Shown here piece by piece: positions 1 to 7,948 of a stretch of DNA of 48,297 bases. The notes below the pieces were generated by a model. The model was not told where the DNA came from, did no database searches, and saw only the letters and a program-made list of their open reading frames with translations. This DNA is from Salmonella phage vB_GS156. Location: the sequence record PV153712.1, one strand, 5' to 3'. Made by a program: the position numbers and the translations under genes. How positions within the stretch are numbered: the stretch's first letter is position 1; every line of letters begins with the position of its first letter.

Positions 1-139
1 ATGATTGCACATTGCCGATATCGTGAAAACTTTCCCGCAAAACATCACTCCGTGCTCCGCGCGTTTCGTTTTGTTCCTCGCCGTTCCCGGCCAGACCTTC
101 CGCAGTTTAGCGCAACGTTACACAACACGTATAACAACA

Positions 140-191
140 AAATATCTATATAATACATTGAAAAGTAAGATAATTATTATTATATATCTAT
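140..191. repeat. AT-rich block, copy 1 of repeat at 28849-28902
   Basis: Same 19-mer and second block, same order and similar spacing. Confidence 0.75.
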
Positions 192-410
192 ATTGTTATA
201 TAACTTGTTTTGCTTGTTTCTCATGATATTGATACCCCTTTACGGATTTATAGAGTATAAAATTATAAGATAGGTGCTATTATTTATTATAGGTGGTAGT
301 GATTTTTGGCGAAATGGTGTAACGATTTAGAACATCGTTGATTTTAAAGGATAAATTTGCAATTACTGTTACATTGCGTGATGTTTTTGTTGTCTAATCA
401 AAAATAACAC

Positions 411-438
411 TTGACGCATAAGCCAGGTTTGCTAAGAT
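411..438 (+). promoter_or_regulatory. Putative sigma70 promoter TTGACG-N16-TAAGAT upstream of the first early genes
   Basis: Hexamers read directly from sequence, 35 nt upstream of ORF 473. Confidence 0.5.
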
Positions 439-472
439 TTCCGCATCGAGCAACAACTGAGGATAACCAATC

Positions 473-760
473 ATGGTAATGGGCAAAATCGTAAAGCGTG
501 ACCTATCCATAGTTGATGCAACGCCAGAAGATGCAACCAAAGATATCATGCGCCTAATGTACATAGCGCGGATAATTGAGGCGGCAAAACCAAACAGTCT
601 GTATTACATCGACATTAAGGCATCAGGTCGCGACGTTAATTCATTGCGCCAGGCAATAAACACGATTGCGAAAGAGGATCACAGAACCATTAAGACAATA
701 ACCACTGATAACGGCTATATCGGCTTTGTTATAATCGACGTTAAAGAAGCATTTGTGTAA
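473..760 (+). CDS. Hypothetical early protein
   Basis: 95 aa ORF in tightly packed rightward early block. Confidence 0.7.
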   Translation: MVMGKIVKRDLSIVDATPEDATKDIMRLMYIARIIEAAKPNSLYYIDIKASGRDVNSLRQAINTIAKEDHRTIKTITTDNGYIGFVIIDVKEAFV

Positions 761-771
761 AGGGGTGAATC

Positions 772-1215
772 ATGGAGCAAATGACAAGTAAAGAGTTTTG
801 CGATAAATTGCGCGAAGCTGCAAGAGCGGCGGCAAAAGGTGAGGTGATCAAGTTGCCAGTTGCCTATATCACAATGCACGTTCAGGCAGAGGACGCAAAG
901 AAACTAAATTCATCATACATCCGCACGATCATGAATCGCGTACCGGAAGTAAAAGAGGTTGGATCTGTAAGTGTCAAGAAAAAGACAAGTGATGACGGCG
1001 CGGAATATTACGAAATAGCAATTAACCGCGACACAAAACGCCGCATCGTGACAACTAATGACCTTCCGGCAATTAAAGAGCATGAGCGCGAAAAGCTGGT
1101 TGAAAAGATTATGCGCATATCGCCGGAATTCTCACACCTGGACGATGAAAAGGCACTTGTTGCAATGCGAGCGGTTGCCACTTTCAAAGATCTGATTAAG
1201 GAGATCTCAAAGTGA
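772..1215 (+). CDS. Hypothetical early protein (147 aa)
   Basis: ORF with good start context, 12 nt after previous gene. Confidence 0.75.
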   Translation: MEQMTSKEFCDKLREAARAAAKGEVIKLPVAYITMHVQAEDAKKLNSSYIRTIMNRVPEVKEVGSVSVKKKTSDDGAEYYEIAINRDTKRRIVTTNDLPAIKEHEREKLVEKIMRISPEFSHLDDEKALVAMRAVATFKDLIKEISK

Positions 1216-1319
1216 AAGCATTCGCCTTTGTCGCGGCAATGTGGTGCATGGTTATTGGTCATTCTGGCGTCACGCTGGCAATATGTGTTTTGATCTTGTT
1301 GTGGGTGTTTGATGAATAG
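1212..1319 (+). CDS. Small hydrophobic (single TM) peptide, 35 aa
   Basis: GTG start overlapping previous stop; MKAFAFVAAMWCMVIGHSGVTLAICVLILLWVFDE. Confidence 0.4.
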   Translation: MKAFAFVAAMWCMVIGHSGVTLAICVLILLWVFDE

Positions 1320-1380
1320 CGCACAAATAACCTTTTGCATTCTGATTGGTTATATGTTTTTCCTGATAGTTTTCTGCTAA
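1312..1380 (+). CDS. Small hydrophobic peptide, 22 aa
   Basis: Overlaps previous micro-ORF by 8 nt; MNSAQITFCILIGYMFFLIVFC. Confidence 0.3.
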   Translation: MNSAQITFCILIGYMFFLIVFC

Positions 1381-1381
1381 A

Positions 1382-1424
1382 TAGCACTTTTTGTTAAAGC
1401 TCGATTGTGGTAGTTTGGCATAAT
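1382..1424 (+). promoter_or_regulatory. TAGCA-N5-TGCTA-type operator (1382-1396) plus -10 CATAAT (1419-1424)
   Basis: TAGCACTTTTTGTTA...CATAAT; member of the 15-copy family. Confidence 0.75.
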
Positions 1425-1583
1425 TACCACATCGAAACGAAACTAGGAAAACACAATGACTACCTTGATTCCGATCACGTTAGGTCATTAAACTGGCGAG
1501 AATGTAGCGGCTGTAATGCGCAAATATCGCCGCAGCCGCACAAACTCATTAATTTCTATCTTTGGCATACCGGAGTAATAAAA

Positions 1584-1841
1584 ATGTTTGAACTGAAAAG
1601 CGTAACTGTTGAGATCCTGAATGATGGCTCTTATGATGGAATGAAACACTTAACATTCCCGATCCGCATTGATAATTGCATTGATTACGGTATTGAAGTT
1701 GGAATGGTTGACGTTCCGCTTGATGCCCTGGTAGCGGCTGGCTATGACAAAGAGAAAGGCCAATGTGCTGATATACCGGATAGCTATGAAAGCGACACAC
1801 ATCTTCCGTTCACTTATGGCGAATGCCGCATTGTTGATTGA
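1584..1841 (+). CDS. Hypothetical protein
   Basis: MFELKSVTVEILND...; in-frame ATG within ORF 1407-1841. Confidence 0.65.
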   Translation: MFELKSVTVEILNDGSYDGMKHLTFPIRIDNCIDYGIEVGMVDVPLDALVAAGYDKEKGQCADIPDSYESDTHLPFTYGECRIVD

Positions 1842-1850
1842 GGTGATTAA

Positions 1851-2057
1851 ATGAAAGAAAACAATATGAGCGAATTTTTTCAAGAATTCCTGGATCAAGA
1901 CGGCGACGGAATGAGCGTGTCAACAGATACATTTGGCACAACGTGCGAGCTTATTATTTACAGTCATACAGGGTGCTTCCCAATGTCTGACGCCGATGAA
2001 GTTGAGCGGCTTGGCAATTGGCTTATTGAGCAAGCAAAATACATGCGAGCAGAATAG
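1851..2057 (+). CDS. Hypothetical protein, 68 aa
   Basis: ORF whose TAG stop is the first triplet of the next operator. Confidence 0.65.
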   Translation: MKENNMSEFFQEFLDQDGDGMSVSTDTFGTTCELIIYSHTGCFPMSDADEVERLGNWLIEQAKYMRAE

Positions 2058-2097
2058 CACGAAATGCTAAAACAAATTAACGGCATTGCGATATAGT
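2055..2097 (+). promoter_or_regulatory. Operator (2055-2069, TAGCACGAAATGCTA) plus -10 TATAGT (2092-2097)
   Basis: Exact half-sites TAGCA/TGCTA, same spacing as the family. Confidence 0.8.
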
Positions 2098-2128
2098 AAG
2101 GCCATACAAAACAAAAGAGGATATAAAG

Positions 2129-2422
2129 ATGCGTGTGCTGATTGTTTTTGAAACAAATCCTGAGGGTGTTAAATTTTTTGATATTGAAATGACCAATGAG
2201 CAATACGATATTGTTAAAACGGCACAAGGTGTTTTCGTTAACTGCAATGATCCAACTCCAGGTACTGATTTTCTAAACATAGCTCTATGCGAAAAAATGG
2301 AATATTTAACTGATGAAGACGCAAAAATGAATCATGCTTGTATATGGAAAGATAAAATAATAATGGATCTTGAAAAACCAGCAAAATTCGACGCTATTAT
2401 TTATACAGGCATTATGTGCTAA
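2129..2422 (+). CDS. Hypothetical protein, 97 aa
   Basis: ORF directly downstream of the 2055 promoter. Confidence 0.7.
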   Translation: MRVLIVFETNPEGVKFFDIEMTNEQYDIVKTAQGVFVNCNDPTPGTDFLNIALCEKMEYLTDEDAKMNHACIWKDKIIMDLEKPAKFDAIIYTGIMC

Positions 2423-2465
2423 TAGCACTTTTTGCTAAAACTTGCTAAGGCGCATTTGATAAAGT
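2423..2465 (+). promoter_or_regulatory. Operator (2423-2437) plus -10 TAAAGT (2460-2465)
   Basis: TAGCACTTTTTGCTA; family member. Confidence 0.8.
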
Positions 2466-2499
2466 GTGCCTCGTTGAGTTAAGTAAAGGAGAAATAACA

Positions 2500-2607
2500 A
2501 TGTTAAAAGTAAGCGAAATCAATAACCCGATCACGTTCCATTTCACCGATTCAAAAGGTAGCATTACTTACAATTCCAGTGATTCAAAGGTTGGCGCTCA
2601 GGTGTAG
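2500..2607 (+). CDS. Small hypothetical protein, 35 aa
   Basis: AAAGGAG-type RBS and ATG; MLKVSEINNPITFHFTDSKGSITYNSSDSKVGAQV. Confidence 0.45.
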   Translation: MLKVSEINNPITFHFTDSKGSITYNSSDSKVGAQV

Positions 2608-2612
2608 AATCA

Positions 2613-3023
2613 ATGTTCGGCGTTGATACATTCGTTAATCAGCACAACAAATTAAACAAAGATAACAATCCTGAATTTTATTACTATTACGAAACGGCAG
2701 AACATGTTTCATTACCCTTGGATAGCGTTGAATTGATGATTAATAACGCATCTGTAAACGTTGAAACTATTTACACCGCATCAATCGGAGTAACTGATTA
2801 CAGAATTTGCAAGATCGAAGAAATGCCAGTTGGTGCGACACTAAAAGGCATCCAGGATGAAAGCGGAGAATGGGACGAAATCACATTCAAGCCTGTGCGT
2901 GTTGAGATTGACGGCGACACAATAACATTGCTTTCTGGTATTGCTGGCGGCTACAGAAAAGGCGGCAAAAAGTACGGCGCTGAAATCAACATTAAGCTCG
3001 GTACTAACGTAAAATTCAGCTAA
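2613..3023 (+). CDS. Hypothetical protein, 136 aa
   Basis: ORF in early block. Confidence 0.7.
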   Translation: MFGVDTFVNQHNKLNKDNNPEFYYYYETAEHVSLPLDSVELMINNASVNVETIYTASIGVTDYRICKIEEMPVGATLKGIQDESGEWDEITFKPVRVEIDGDTITLLSGIAGGYRKGGKKYGAEINIKLGTNVKFS

Positions 3024-3066
3024 TAGCACGAATTGCTAAAACAGAATTTTTGGCTTGCGGTATAGT
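3024..3066 (+). promoter_or_regulatory. Operator (3024-3038, TAGCACGAATTGCTA) plus -10 TATAGT (3061-3066)
   Basis: Family member with exact half-sites. Confidence 0.8.
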
Positions 3067-3098
3067 AAGCCCATACCAAACAACGAAAGGATCAAAAA

Positions 3099-3412
3099 AT
3101 GGAATTAGCACGTAACGCGGTTTATGGCTTACACCTCAAAGGCGGTAAAGGTTCAACATATGCGCACCTGTTTATGTTAACGAGCGAGGCCAGGTTGATA
3201 TTGCAATGTATATTGACCAACTTGTTAAAGGTGGTGAGTCCGACAAGTTCAGGCCGGATCTGATTGAATACAATCACACATACAGTCACGACCACTGGTT
3301 AGATGGTTATAAATTTACAATGCTGGATAGCCATGTTATTGACACAAGCAAATTAACTAATAGTGACCATAAGCGCATGGCTCGCAAAATCTTGAAGCAG
3401 AAAGCGAAATAG
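3099..3412 (+). pseudogene. Probably one small gene split by a net -1 shift near 3170
   Basis: First part MELARNAVYGLHLKGGKGSTYAHLF, second part VNERGQVDIAMYIDQLVKGGESDK... in the -1 frame; only the second half is in the ORF track (3206-3412). Confidence 0.45.
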
Positions 3413-3452
3413 CACAAAATGTTAAGCTGTCATGTGTGCTGATTGGTACAAT
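3410..3452 (+). promoter_or_regulatory. Operator variant (3410-3424, TAGCACAAAATGTTA) plus -10 TACAAT (3447-3452)
   Basis: Family member. Confidence 0.7.
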
Positions 3453-3484
3453 GACCGCATCAACCAACAATAGAGGATAGAAAA

Positions 3485-3592
3485 ATGTCAAAAGAATCAA
3501 TTAAGCAGTTTCTGAAATACGGCTCTATGATTGTGCTCGCTACCGTTGTGCTGGCTTGCATCGCTTACAGTGTAATCGAATTTGTGGGGTAA
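3485..3592 (+). CDS. Single-TM peptide, 35 aa
   Basis: MSKESIKQFLKYGSMIVLATVVLACIAYSVIEFVG. Confidence 0.5.
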   Translation: MSKESIKQFLKYGSMIVLATVVLACIAYSVIEFVG

Positions 3593-3595
3593 TGG

Positions 3596-4144
3596 ATGTT
3601 TAATATCGAATTGTGGGGTAAGGAATACGCTAATCACTACGTTTCAACAAAACAGCGTTTCGTTATTTTCGACCTGGACGGCACATTGTCAAATGGTGAG
3701 CACCGCTTACACCTGTTTCCAACTGTTGACTTGCACCTTACTGAAAGCTGGAGTGAGTTTAATCGCGCCGCAAAGGATGATTTACCATTCATGGATAACA
3801 TTGCCGTATGCAACGCCATGTTTGATGCAGGATATCTGGTTATTATCCTAACTGGTCGAAGCGATGAAGTCGAAGCGGAAACGCGAGCATGGTTGGCTGA
3901 AAATGGCGTTTCTTTCGATTGGCTGATTATGCGCCGCGCCAGCGATAACCGAAAAGACACGGTAATCAAAGATGAAGTTTTACGGACTATCGGACTTGAT
4001 CGCATTGTCGCATGTTGGGATGACTCACCAAACGTTATTGCACACATGCGCGGCCTAGGCTTGACGGTTTACCAGGTTGTTGAGTACGACACGCCGCATT
4101 CTCATTTGCAGAGTCACGGCGTTGATGAATTAGAAAAGGAGTAA
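3596..4144 (+). CDS. HAD-superfamily phosphatase, resembling T4 PNK 3'-phosphatase domain
   Basis: FVIFDLDGTLSNGEHR (DxDGT/S) and ILTGR...; KD...DD motifs. Confidence 0.75.
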   Translation: MFNIELWGKEYANHYVSTKQRFVIFDLDGTLSNGEHRLHLFPTVDLHLTESWSEFNRAAKDDLPFMDNIAVCNAMFDAGYLVIILTGRSDEVEAETRAWLAENGVSFDWLIMRRASDNRKDTVIKDEVLRTIGLDRIVACWDDSPNVIAHMRGLGLTVYQVVEYDTPHSHLQSHGVDELEKE

Positions 4145-4150
4145 GTTATA

Positions 4151-4342
4151 TTGACAGCATTTTTAACCTTCATGGTCATTATGGTTATTGTGCTTTATGT
4201 TTGCGGCATGTTCCTTATGCGAGCGCTACTAAAAGTGGCTGACACTTGTGATAAGGGCAAATTAAATCCGATTCTGTTTTGGCCTGTTTATATCATCATA
4301 CCGATTTATGAGTTGATTAGAGAACGTAATTTTAAATGGTAA
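4151..4342 (+). CDS. Membrane peptide, 63 aa
   Basis: MTAFLTFMVIMVIVLYVCGMFLMRALL... two hydrophobic segments. Confidence 0.5.
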   Translation: MTAFLTFMVIMVIVLYVCGMFLMRALLKVADTCDKGKLNPILFWPVYIIIPIYELIRERNFKW

Positions 4343-4343
4343 A

Positions 4344-4386
4344 TAGCACTTTTTGCTAAAACTTGCTAAGGCACATTTGATAAAGT
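4344..4386 (+). promoter_or_regulatory. Operator (4344-4358) plus -10 TAAAGT (4381-4386)
   Basis: TAGCACTTTTTGCTA; family member. Confidence 0.8.
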
Positions 4387-4419
4387 GTGCCTTGTCGAGA
4401 CAAACAAGGAGAAACGAAA

Positions 4420-4731
4420 ATGAAAGTATTTACCACTGTTGGATTCAGAACTAACCATTATTACATTGTTAACGATGACGGAGTTATTTTTGCTTCATCA
4501 AAACCATTCTTTGATGGTGACAACTTTTTCAAGAGTGAGTTTCAGTCGCCTGGTGTTTTAGTTAGCATGTGCAATCTCAGTTTATTAAATCCGTACAATA
4601 AAGAGGCTAAGGATTTTGTTGATAAAGTTAACGGCGTAAAAACAAAGCGCGAAAGGAATAAACACGTTATTGCTGTTATTGTTTGTGTTGCAATTACTGT
4701 TGGTTCTATTTTTATTGGAGTTTGGTCATGA
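4420..4731 (+). CDS. Hypothetical protein with C-terminal TM segment
   Basis: ...KRNKHVIAVIVCVAITVGSIFIGVWS; RBS aaggag upstream of 4420. Confidence 0.65.
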   Translation: MKVFTTVGFRTNHYYIVNDDGVIFASSKPFFDGDNFFKSEFQSPGVLVSMCNLSLLNPYNKEAKDFVDKVNGVKTKRERNKHVIAVIVCVAITVGSIFIGVWS

Positions 4732-4910
4732 CGCTTGACAATAAGACTGAAACACAAAAGACGATCAACTATTTGCTCGCTCTTGCCGATGCGCTTGAAA
4801 AAGGTGAGGCAGCATTAAACGATGTTTGCATTGAGTCAAAAAATCACGGATGGACTCAGATCGAAGAAACGTTAACGATTCAATATTTCAAGGTTAACAA
4901 AGATGGCTAA
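4728..4910 (+). CDS. Hypothetical protein
   Basis: ATGA overlap with previous gene; MTLDNKTETQKTINYLL. Confidence 0.6.
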   Translation: MTLDNKTETQKTINYLLALADALEKGEAALNDVCIESKNHGWTQIEETLTIQYFKVNKDG

Positions 4911-5478
4911 AATTATCATCCTTAACGCGCCTCCTGGTGCTGGTAAAGACACAATCGGCAAGATGATTTCTTTCTATTCGCCTGGTGAGCAATGCCGCAT
5001 CATTAGCTTTAAAGAGCCAATGTTTGACATTGCATTAGCTATCCTGGGCAAAGAGAACTATCAGCGTTTCATGCTGGCTTACGATGATAGAGAGCAGAAA
5101 GAAAAGCCTCAAACATTCTTGATGGGTATGTCACCGCGCGAGTTCATGATCTGGATTAGCGAGGATGTGATCAAGCCTAAATTCGGTAAGGATTATTTCA
5201 GCGTAAGGTTTAATCAGAAAGTAAAAGAGTGTGATACTCCTGTTGTTTGCACTGATGGCGGATTTCCATATGAAATTATAGCGCTAATCAATGCTGGTAA
5301 TGAGGTGAAGTTATGCCGCTTGCACCGCGACGGGTTCACGTTTGCAGGTGATAGCCGCAACTACATTCGAATAAATACATACTACCAGAAAAACGGATAT
5401 AGCGAGCACGATTATAAATTGGTTGATAAACAACCAAATGTAACGGTAAAGGAAATCATTCGCGATCACCTTAAATAG
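4903..5478 (+). CDS. P-loop nucleotide kinase-like (dNMP/adenylate kinase-like)
   Basis: IIILNAPPGAGKDTIGK Walker A, overall length and position. Confidence 0.6.
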   Translation: MAKIIILNAPPGAGKDTIGKMISFYSPGEQCRIISFKEPMFDIALAILGKENYQRFMLAYDDREQKEKPQTFLMGMSPREFMIWISEDVIKPKFGKDYFSVRFNQKVKECDTPVVCTDGGFPYEIIALINAGNEVKLCRLHRDGFTFAGDSRNYIRINTYYQKNGYSEHDYKLVDKQPNVTVKEIIRDHLK

Positions 5479-5518
5479 CACGAATTGCTAAACCTTGCGC
5501 AAGGCCATTTGTTATAGT
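5476..5518 (+). promoter_or_regulatory. Operator (5476-5490, TAGCACGAATTGCTA) plus -10 TATAGT (5513-5518)
   Basis: Family member with exact half-sites. Confidence 0.8.
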
Positions 5519-5555
5519 GGCCTTGTTCAAGAGAAGCAACAAATCAGAGGTTAAC

Positions 5556-5750
5556 ATGAAACTAAAATGCATCGAGTCAAACGTTCCAAATCTGAAAGTA
5601 GGCGAAATCTATAGAATGCAACGCGACGTTGATGGTTTTGGCCCAACGGTTGAACATGAAAATAACGGTCGATTCTTCTTAAATGGAAAAGATAACCTGG
5701 CTGTTAATGTTGGTTCTTTCGTGCTGGCTAAGTTTGAGGTGGTGGAATGA
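5556..5750 (+). CDS. Hypothetical protein
   Basis: MKLKCIESNVPNLKVGEIYRM... Confidence 0.6.
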   Translation: MKLKCIESNVPNLKVGEIYRMQRDVDGFGPTVEHENNGRFFLNGKDNLAVNVGSFVLAKFEVVE

Positions 5751-5991
5751 ACCATAAAAACTTGTACGCGCACTTGCAAAATTCGCTAAGAAGTGGAGCG
5801 ACTCAAAGACTACGGGGTATTGCTTGAGTCGATGCGGTTACAAAAGCGCTCGCGATTGGGCGCGTTGCATTGCGAATAACTATAACGAAGAAGAGCTGAA
5901 AGGTTACGCGGATTGGATTGATACACCACTAAACGAGTGGACTCAATACAAATACGATTCATTTGTTAAAGAAGAAATTTCTTACTGGTAA
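5747..5991 (+). pseudogene. Hypothetical gene interrupted by an apparent 1-nt loss in an A-run (5756-5760)
   Basis: ATGA-coupled start MNHK, then ...KLVRALAKFAKKWSDSKTTGYCLSRCGYKSARDWARCIANNYNEEELKGYADWIDTPLNEWTQYKYDSFVKEEISYW in the -1 frame. Confidence 0.5.
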
Positions 5992-6002
5992 GGGTGTGAT
6001 AT

Positions 6003-6494
6003 ATGGAAATGATGATTGCTAAAAGAGATAGCGCATACGGCATTACTAAGGGTAAGTCTTATGTTTGCTATGCTTACGCTTGTGATGTCAATGGTAGTGA
6101 TGTTCTTGTTGAGAATGATGACGGAGTTAAGATGTGGATCAGAAGTGATTTATTCGAAAGCAAAGAGTTGCACAATGCAAAACGTATAGCAGAAGAAGTT
6201 GCTGAATTAGCAGAGCGCGAAAGAATTCGCGATATCGTTGCAGAGCAGGTGAGAAATTCATGCTTGCCAGGCGGTGAAATCTTCAATCACGTAAAAGGCG
6301 TTGGCGGCTCAGGCTGGCAGATTAAAAAGACTAGTGATGCAATCATTCAAAGCATAAACTATGAGCCTAACGAATACATCAAAGTGTTAGAGCAACTACG
6401 TGAAGCGCTGCAAGTGCCGGAAGGTGAAAACATCGTGACACATGCAAAGGTTGTAAGAGCGTTGGCTGATGCGCTGATTGGCCTGCAAAAATAG
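6003..6494 (+). CDS. Hypothetical protein, 163 aa
   Basis: ORF; TAG stop lies in next operator. Confidence 0.7.
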   Translation: MEMMIAKRDSAYGITKGKSYVCYAYACDVNGSDVLVENDDGVKMWIRSDLFESKELHNAKRIAEEVAELAERERIRDIVAEQVRNSCLPGGEIFNHVKGVGGSGWQIKKTSDAIIQSINYEPNEYIKVLEQLREALQVPEGENIVTHAKVVRALADALIGLQK

Positions 6495-6534
6495 CACTTT
6501 TTGTTAAAACTTCCGCGAGGGCATTTGTTAAAGT
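6492..6534 (+). promoter_or_regulatory. Operator (6492-6506) plus -10 TAAAGT (6529-6534)
   Basis: TAGCACTTTTTGTTA; family member. Confidence 0.8.
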
Positions 6535-6567
6535 GTCCTCATTGAAGCGAAACATGAGGATTACGAA

Positions 6568-6771
6568 ATGGCTGTATACACTGGCAAGATGTTTGAATGT
6601 CACAATCCGATTTACGGCGGAAACTATGAGCTAATCATTGATGATGATCGCGTTATCCTGGCAGATGATGACGCAGAAGAATATCACGAAGTCGTAGCGG
6701 ATAAGTATGATAATGACGTTATGATTTTAGCAGGAAATCAACGTATCAAATTTTATGCAGTTGAGGAATAA
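6568..6771 (+). CDS. Hypothetical protein, 67 aa
   Basis: MAVYTGKMFECHNPIYGG... downstream of 6492 promoter. Confidence 0.65.
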   Translation: MAVYTGKMFECHNPIYGGNYELIIDDDRVILADDDAEEYHEVVADKYDNDVMILAGNQRIKFYAVEE

Positions 6772-6774
6772 CAG

Positions 6775-7026
6775 ATGATCACAATCAATCTATCAGAGAA
6801 GCAAGCGAAATCGTTGCTCATGCACCTGGGCTGGCGAATGGGTATCGGTGGCGAGGCGGTTGTAAACATCAAAGAGGAAGTAGCAAGAGAGATTTTTGCA
6901 CAGCTTGAGCATAAACTGATGCCAGCCTCAACAAGCGCGGCGGAGTTGGCTGTGTGGAGGCATGAAAACGGCCTTAATGAAATGGATGTTGAGAAGTGGA
7001 AGCGTAAAAACGAGGTGTTAGCATGA
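6775..7026 (+). CDS. Hypothetical protein
   Basis: MITINLSEKQAKSLLMHLG... Confidence 0.65.
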   Translation: MITINLSEKQAKSLLMHLGWRMGIGGEAVVNIKEEVAREIFAQLEHKLMPASTSAAELAVWRHENGLNEMDVEKWKRKNEVLA

Positions 7027-7349
7027 TTTACATTCACTCTTACGGCGTTGGCAAGTTTGGCAGCAAGCAGATCAGAAACATTCACGACACGCTCGATGAA
7101 TCAATTGCACAGCAACGCGTTTTAGGTGGAGTGGTTCAGGCGTTTGAGTCGGTGGAAAATCTGGAAATGCAGGAGGCCATAAAGGAAATCGTTGTTGATG
7201 AAGTTTCATGTATAATCGACGAATTGAGCACTGACGCGCCATGGTTCGCAAGAACGTTTGAACCAGGCTCAACAGAATGGGATTGCTGGAATGTGAAAAC
7301 CTTAAATAACATTCGCGCAATCCTTGATGGAAAATTTAACGAAAATTGA
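7023..7349 (+). CDS. Hypothetical protein
   Basis: ATGA overlap with previous gene. Confidence 0.6.
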   Translation: MIYIHSYGVGKFGSKQIRNIHDTLDESIAQQRVLGGVVQAFESVENLEMQEAIKEIVVDEVSCIIDELSTDAPWFARTFEPGSTEWDCWNVKTLNNIRAILDGKFNEN

Positions 7350-7408
7350 TAGCTTTTAAAGCGCCTCAATCGCATTCTAAGAGGCGCAAAATTTGGAAAG
7401 GTGATTCT

Positions 7409-7537
7409 ATGCCTGAATACATAAAACCGTCGCAGTGGTGCGCACAGAAGCAAGAGGAAGCATTGGAGCGCGGCGACACTGACACTGCGTTGCACTACTT
7501 TGAAATGTTTCAACTTTGGAAATCAAGAGGGCTTTAA
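7409..7537 (+). CDS. Small hypothetical protein
   Basis: RBS + MPEYIKPSQWCAQKQEEALERG... Confidence 0.5.
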   Translation: MPEYIKPSQWCAQKQEEALERGDTDTALHYFEMFQLWKSRGL

Positions 7538-7538
7538 A

Positions 7539-7766
7539 ATGTTTGGACTTAATGAGGCTGAATACAACATTGTTAAACGCGCTGCAAAAGAGTGCATGAA
7601 GGATCTGAAAGTTGAAGTGACAAGCGGCAACAAATACGATCATATTGCGGCTGGAATTATCACCAAACATCACGCGCCAATTTCTACCCTAATCACTCGA
7701 ACAAAGTTTGTATGGCTTGCTGGCTATGTAGCTGGTCGATGGGGTAAACCTGGCGAGTACGAATAA
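7539..7766 (+). CDS. Hypothetical protein
   Basis: MFGLNEAEYNIVKRAAKECMKD... Confidence 0.6.
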   Translation: MFGLNEAEYNIVKRAAKECMKDLKVEVTSGNKYDHIAAGIITKHHAPISTLITRTKFVWLAGYVAGRWGKPGEYE

Positions 7767-7788
7767 TAATCACTTGAAGCAATGAAGG

Positions 7789-7817
7789 TTGACGGCGTGT
7801 TGTCTGATTGGTAGATT
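7789..7817 (+). promoter_or_regulatory. Putative sigma70 promoter TTGACG-N17-TAGATT
   Basis: Hexamers read directly; followed by ~125 nt with no ORF. Confidence 0.5.
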
Positions 7818-7948
7818 AAACGCCGTGAACACAAGAGGCTCAATAGAGCAAAGCGCGGCGCGTTAGCCGTAAAACTTAATCGGATTGGATCGCAAGGCGA
7901 ATGACAATCGCGGGAACCGTAACCCGCAACCACTCAGGAGATTAATTT

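Noticed and set aside
5-226. 73-aa ORF at the left end (MHIADIVKTFP...)
   Set aside because: Runs through the AT-rich repeat block, has low-complexity hydrophobic translation and no clear RBS; likely noncoding.
3024-3066. TTGCTA within the operator acting as a normal -35
   Set aside because: Spacing to the -10 would be about 22 nt, beyond the usual 16-19 nt, in nearly all copies.
1382-6534. LexA/SOS or Fur boxes as explanation for the dyad
   Set aside because: Sequence TAGCA-N5-TGCTA does not match CTGT-N8-ACAG or the Fur consensus; positions relative to -10 indicate a dedicated factor.
7820-7948. Possible tRNA
   Set aside because: No T-loop TTC sequence, no cloverleaf could be folded by eye; kept only as a possible structured RNA.
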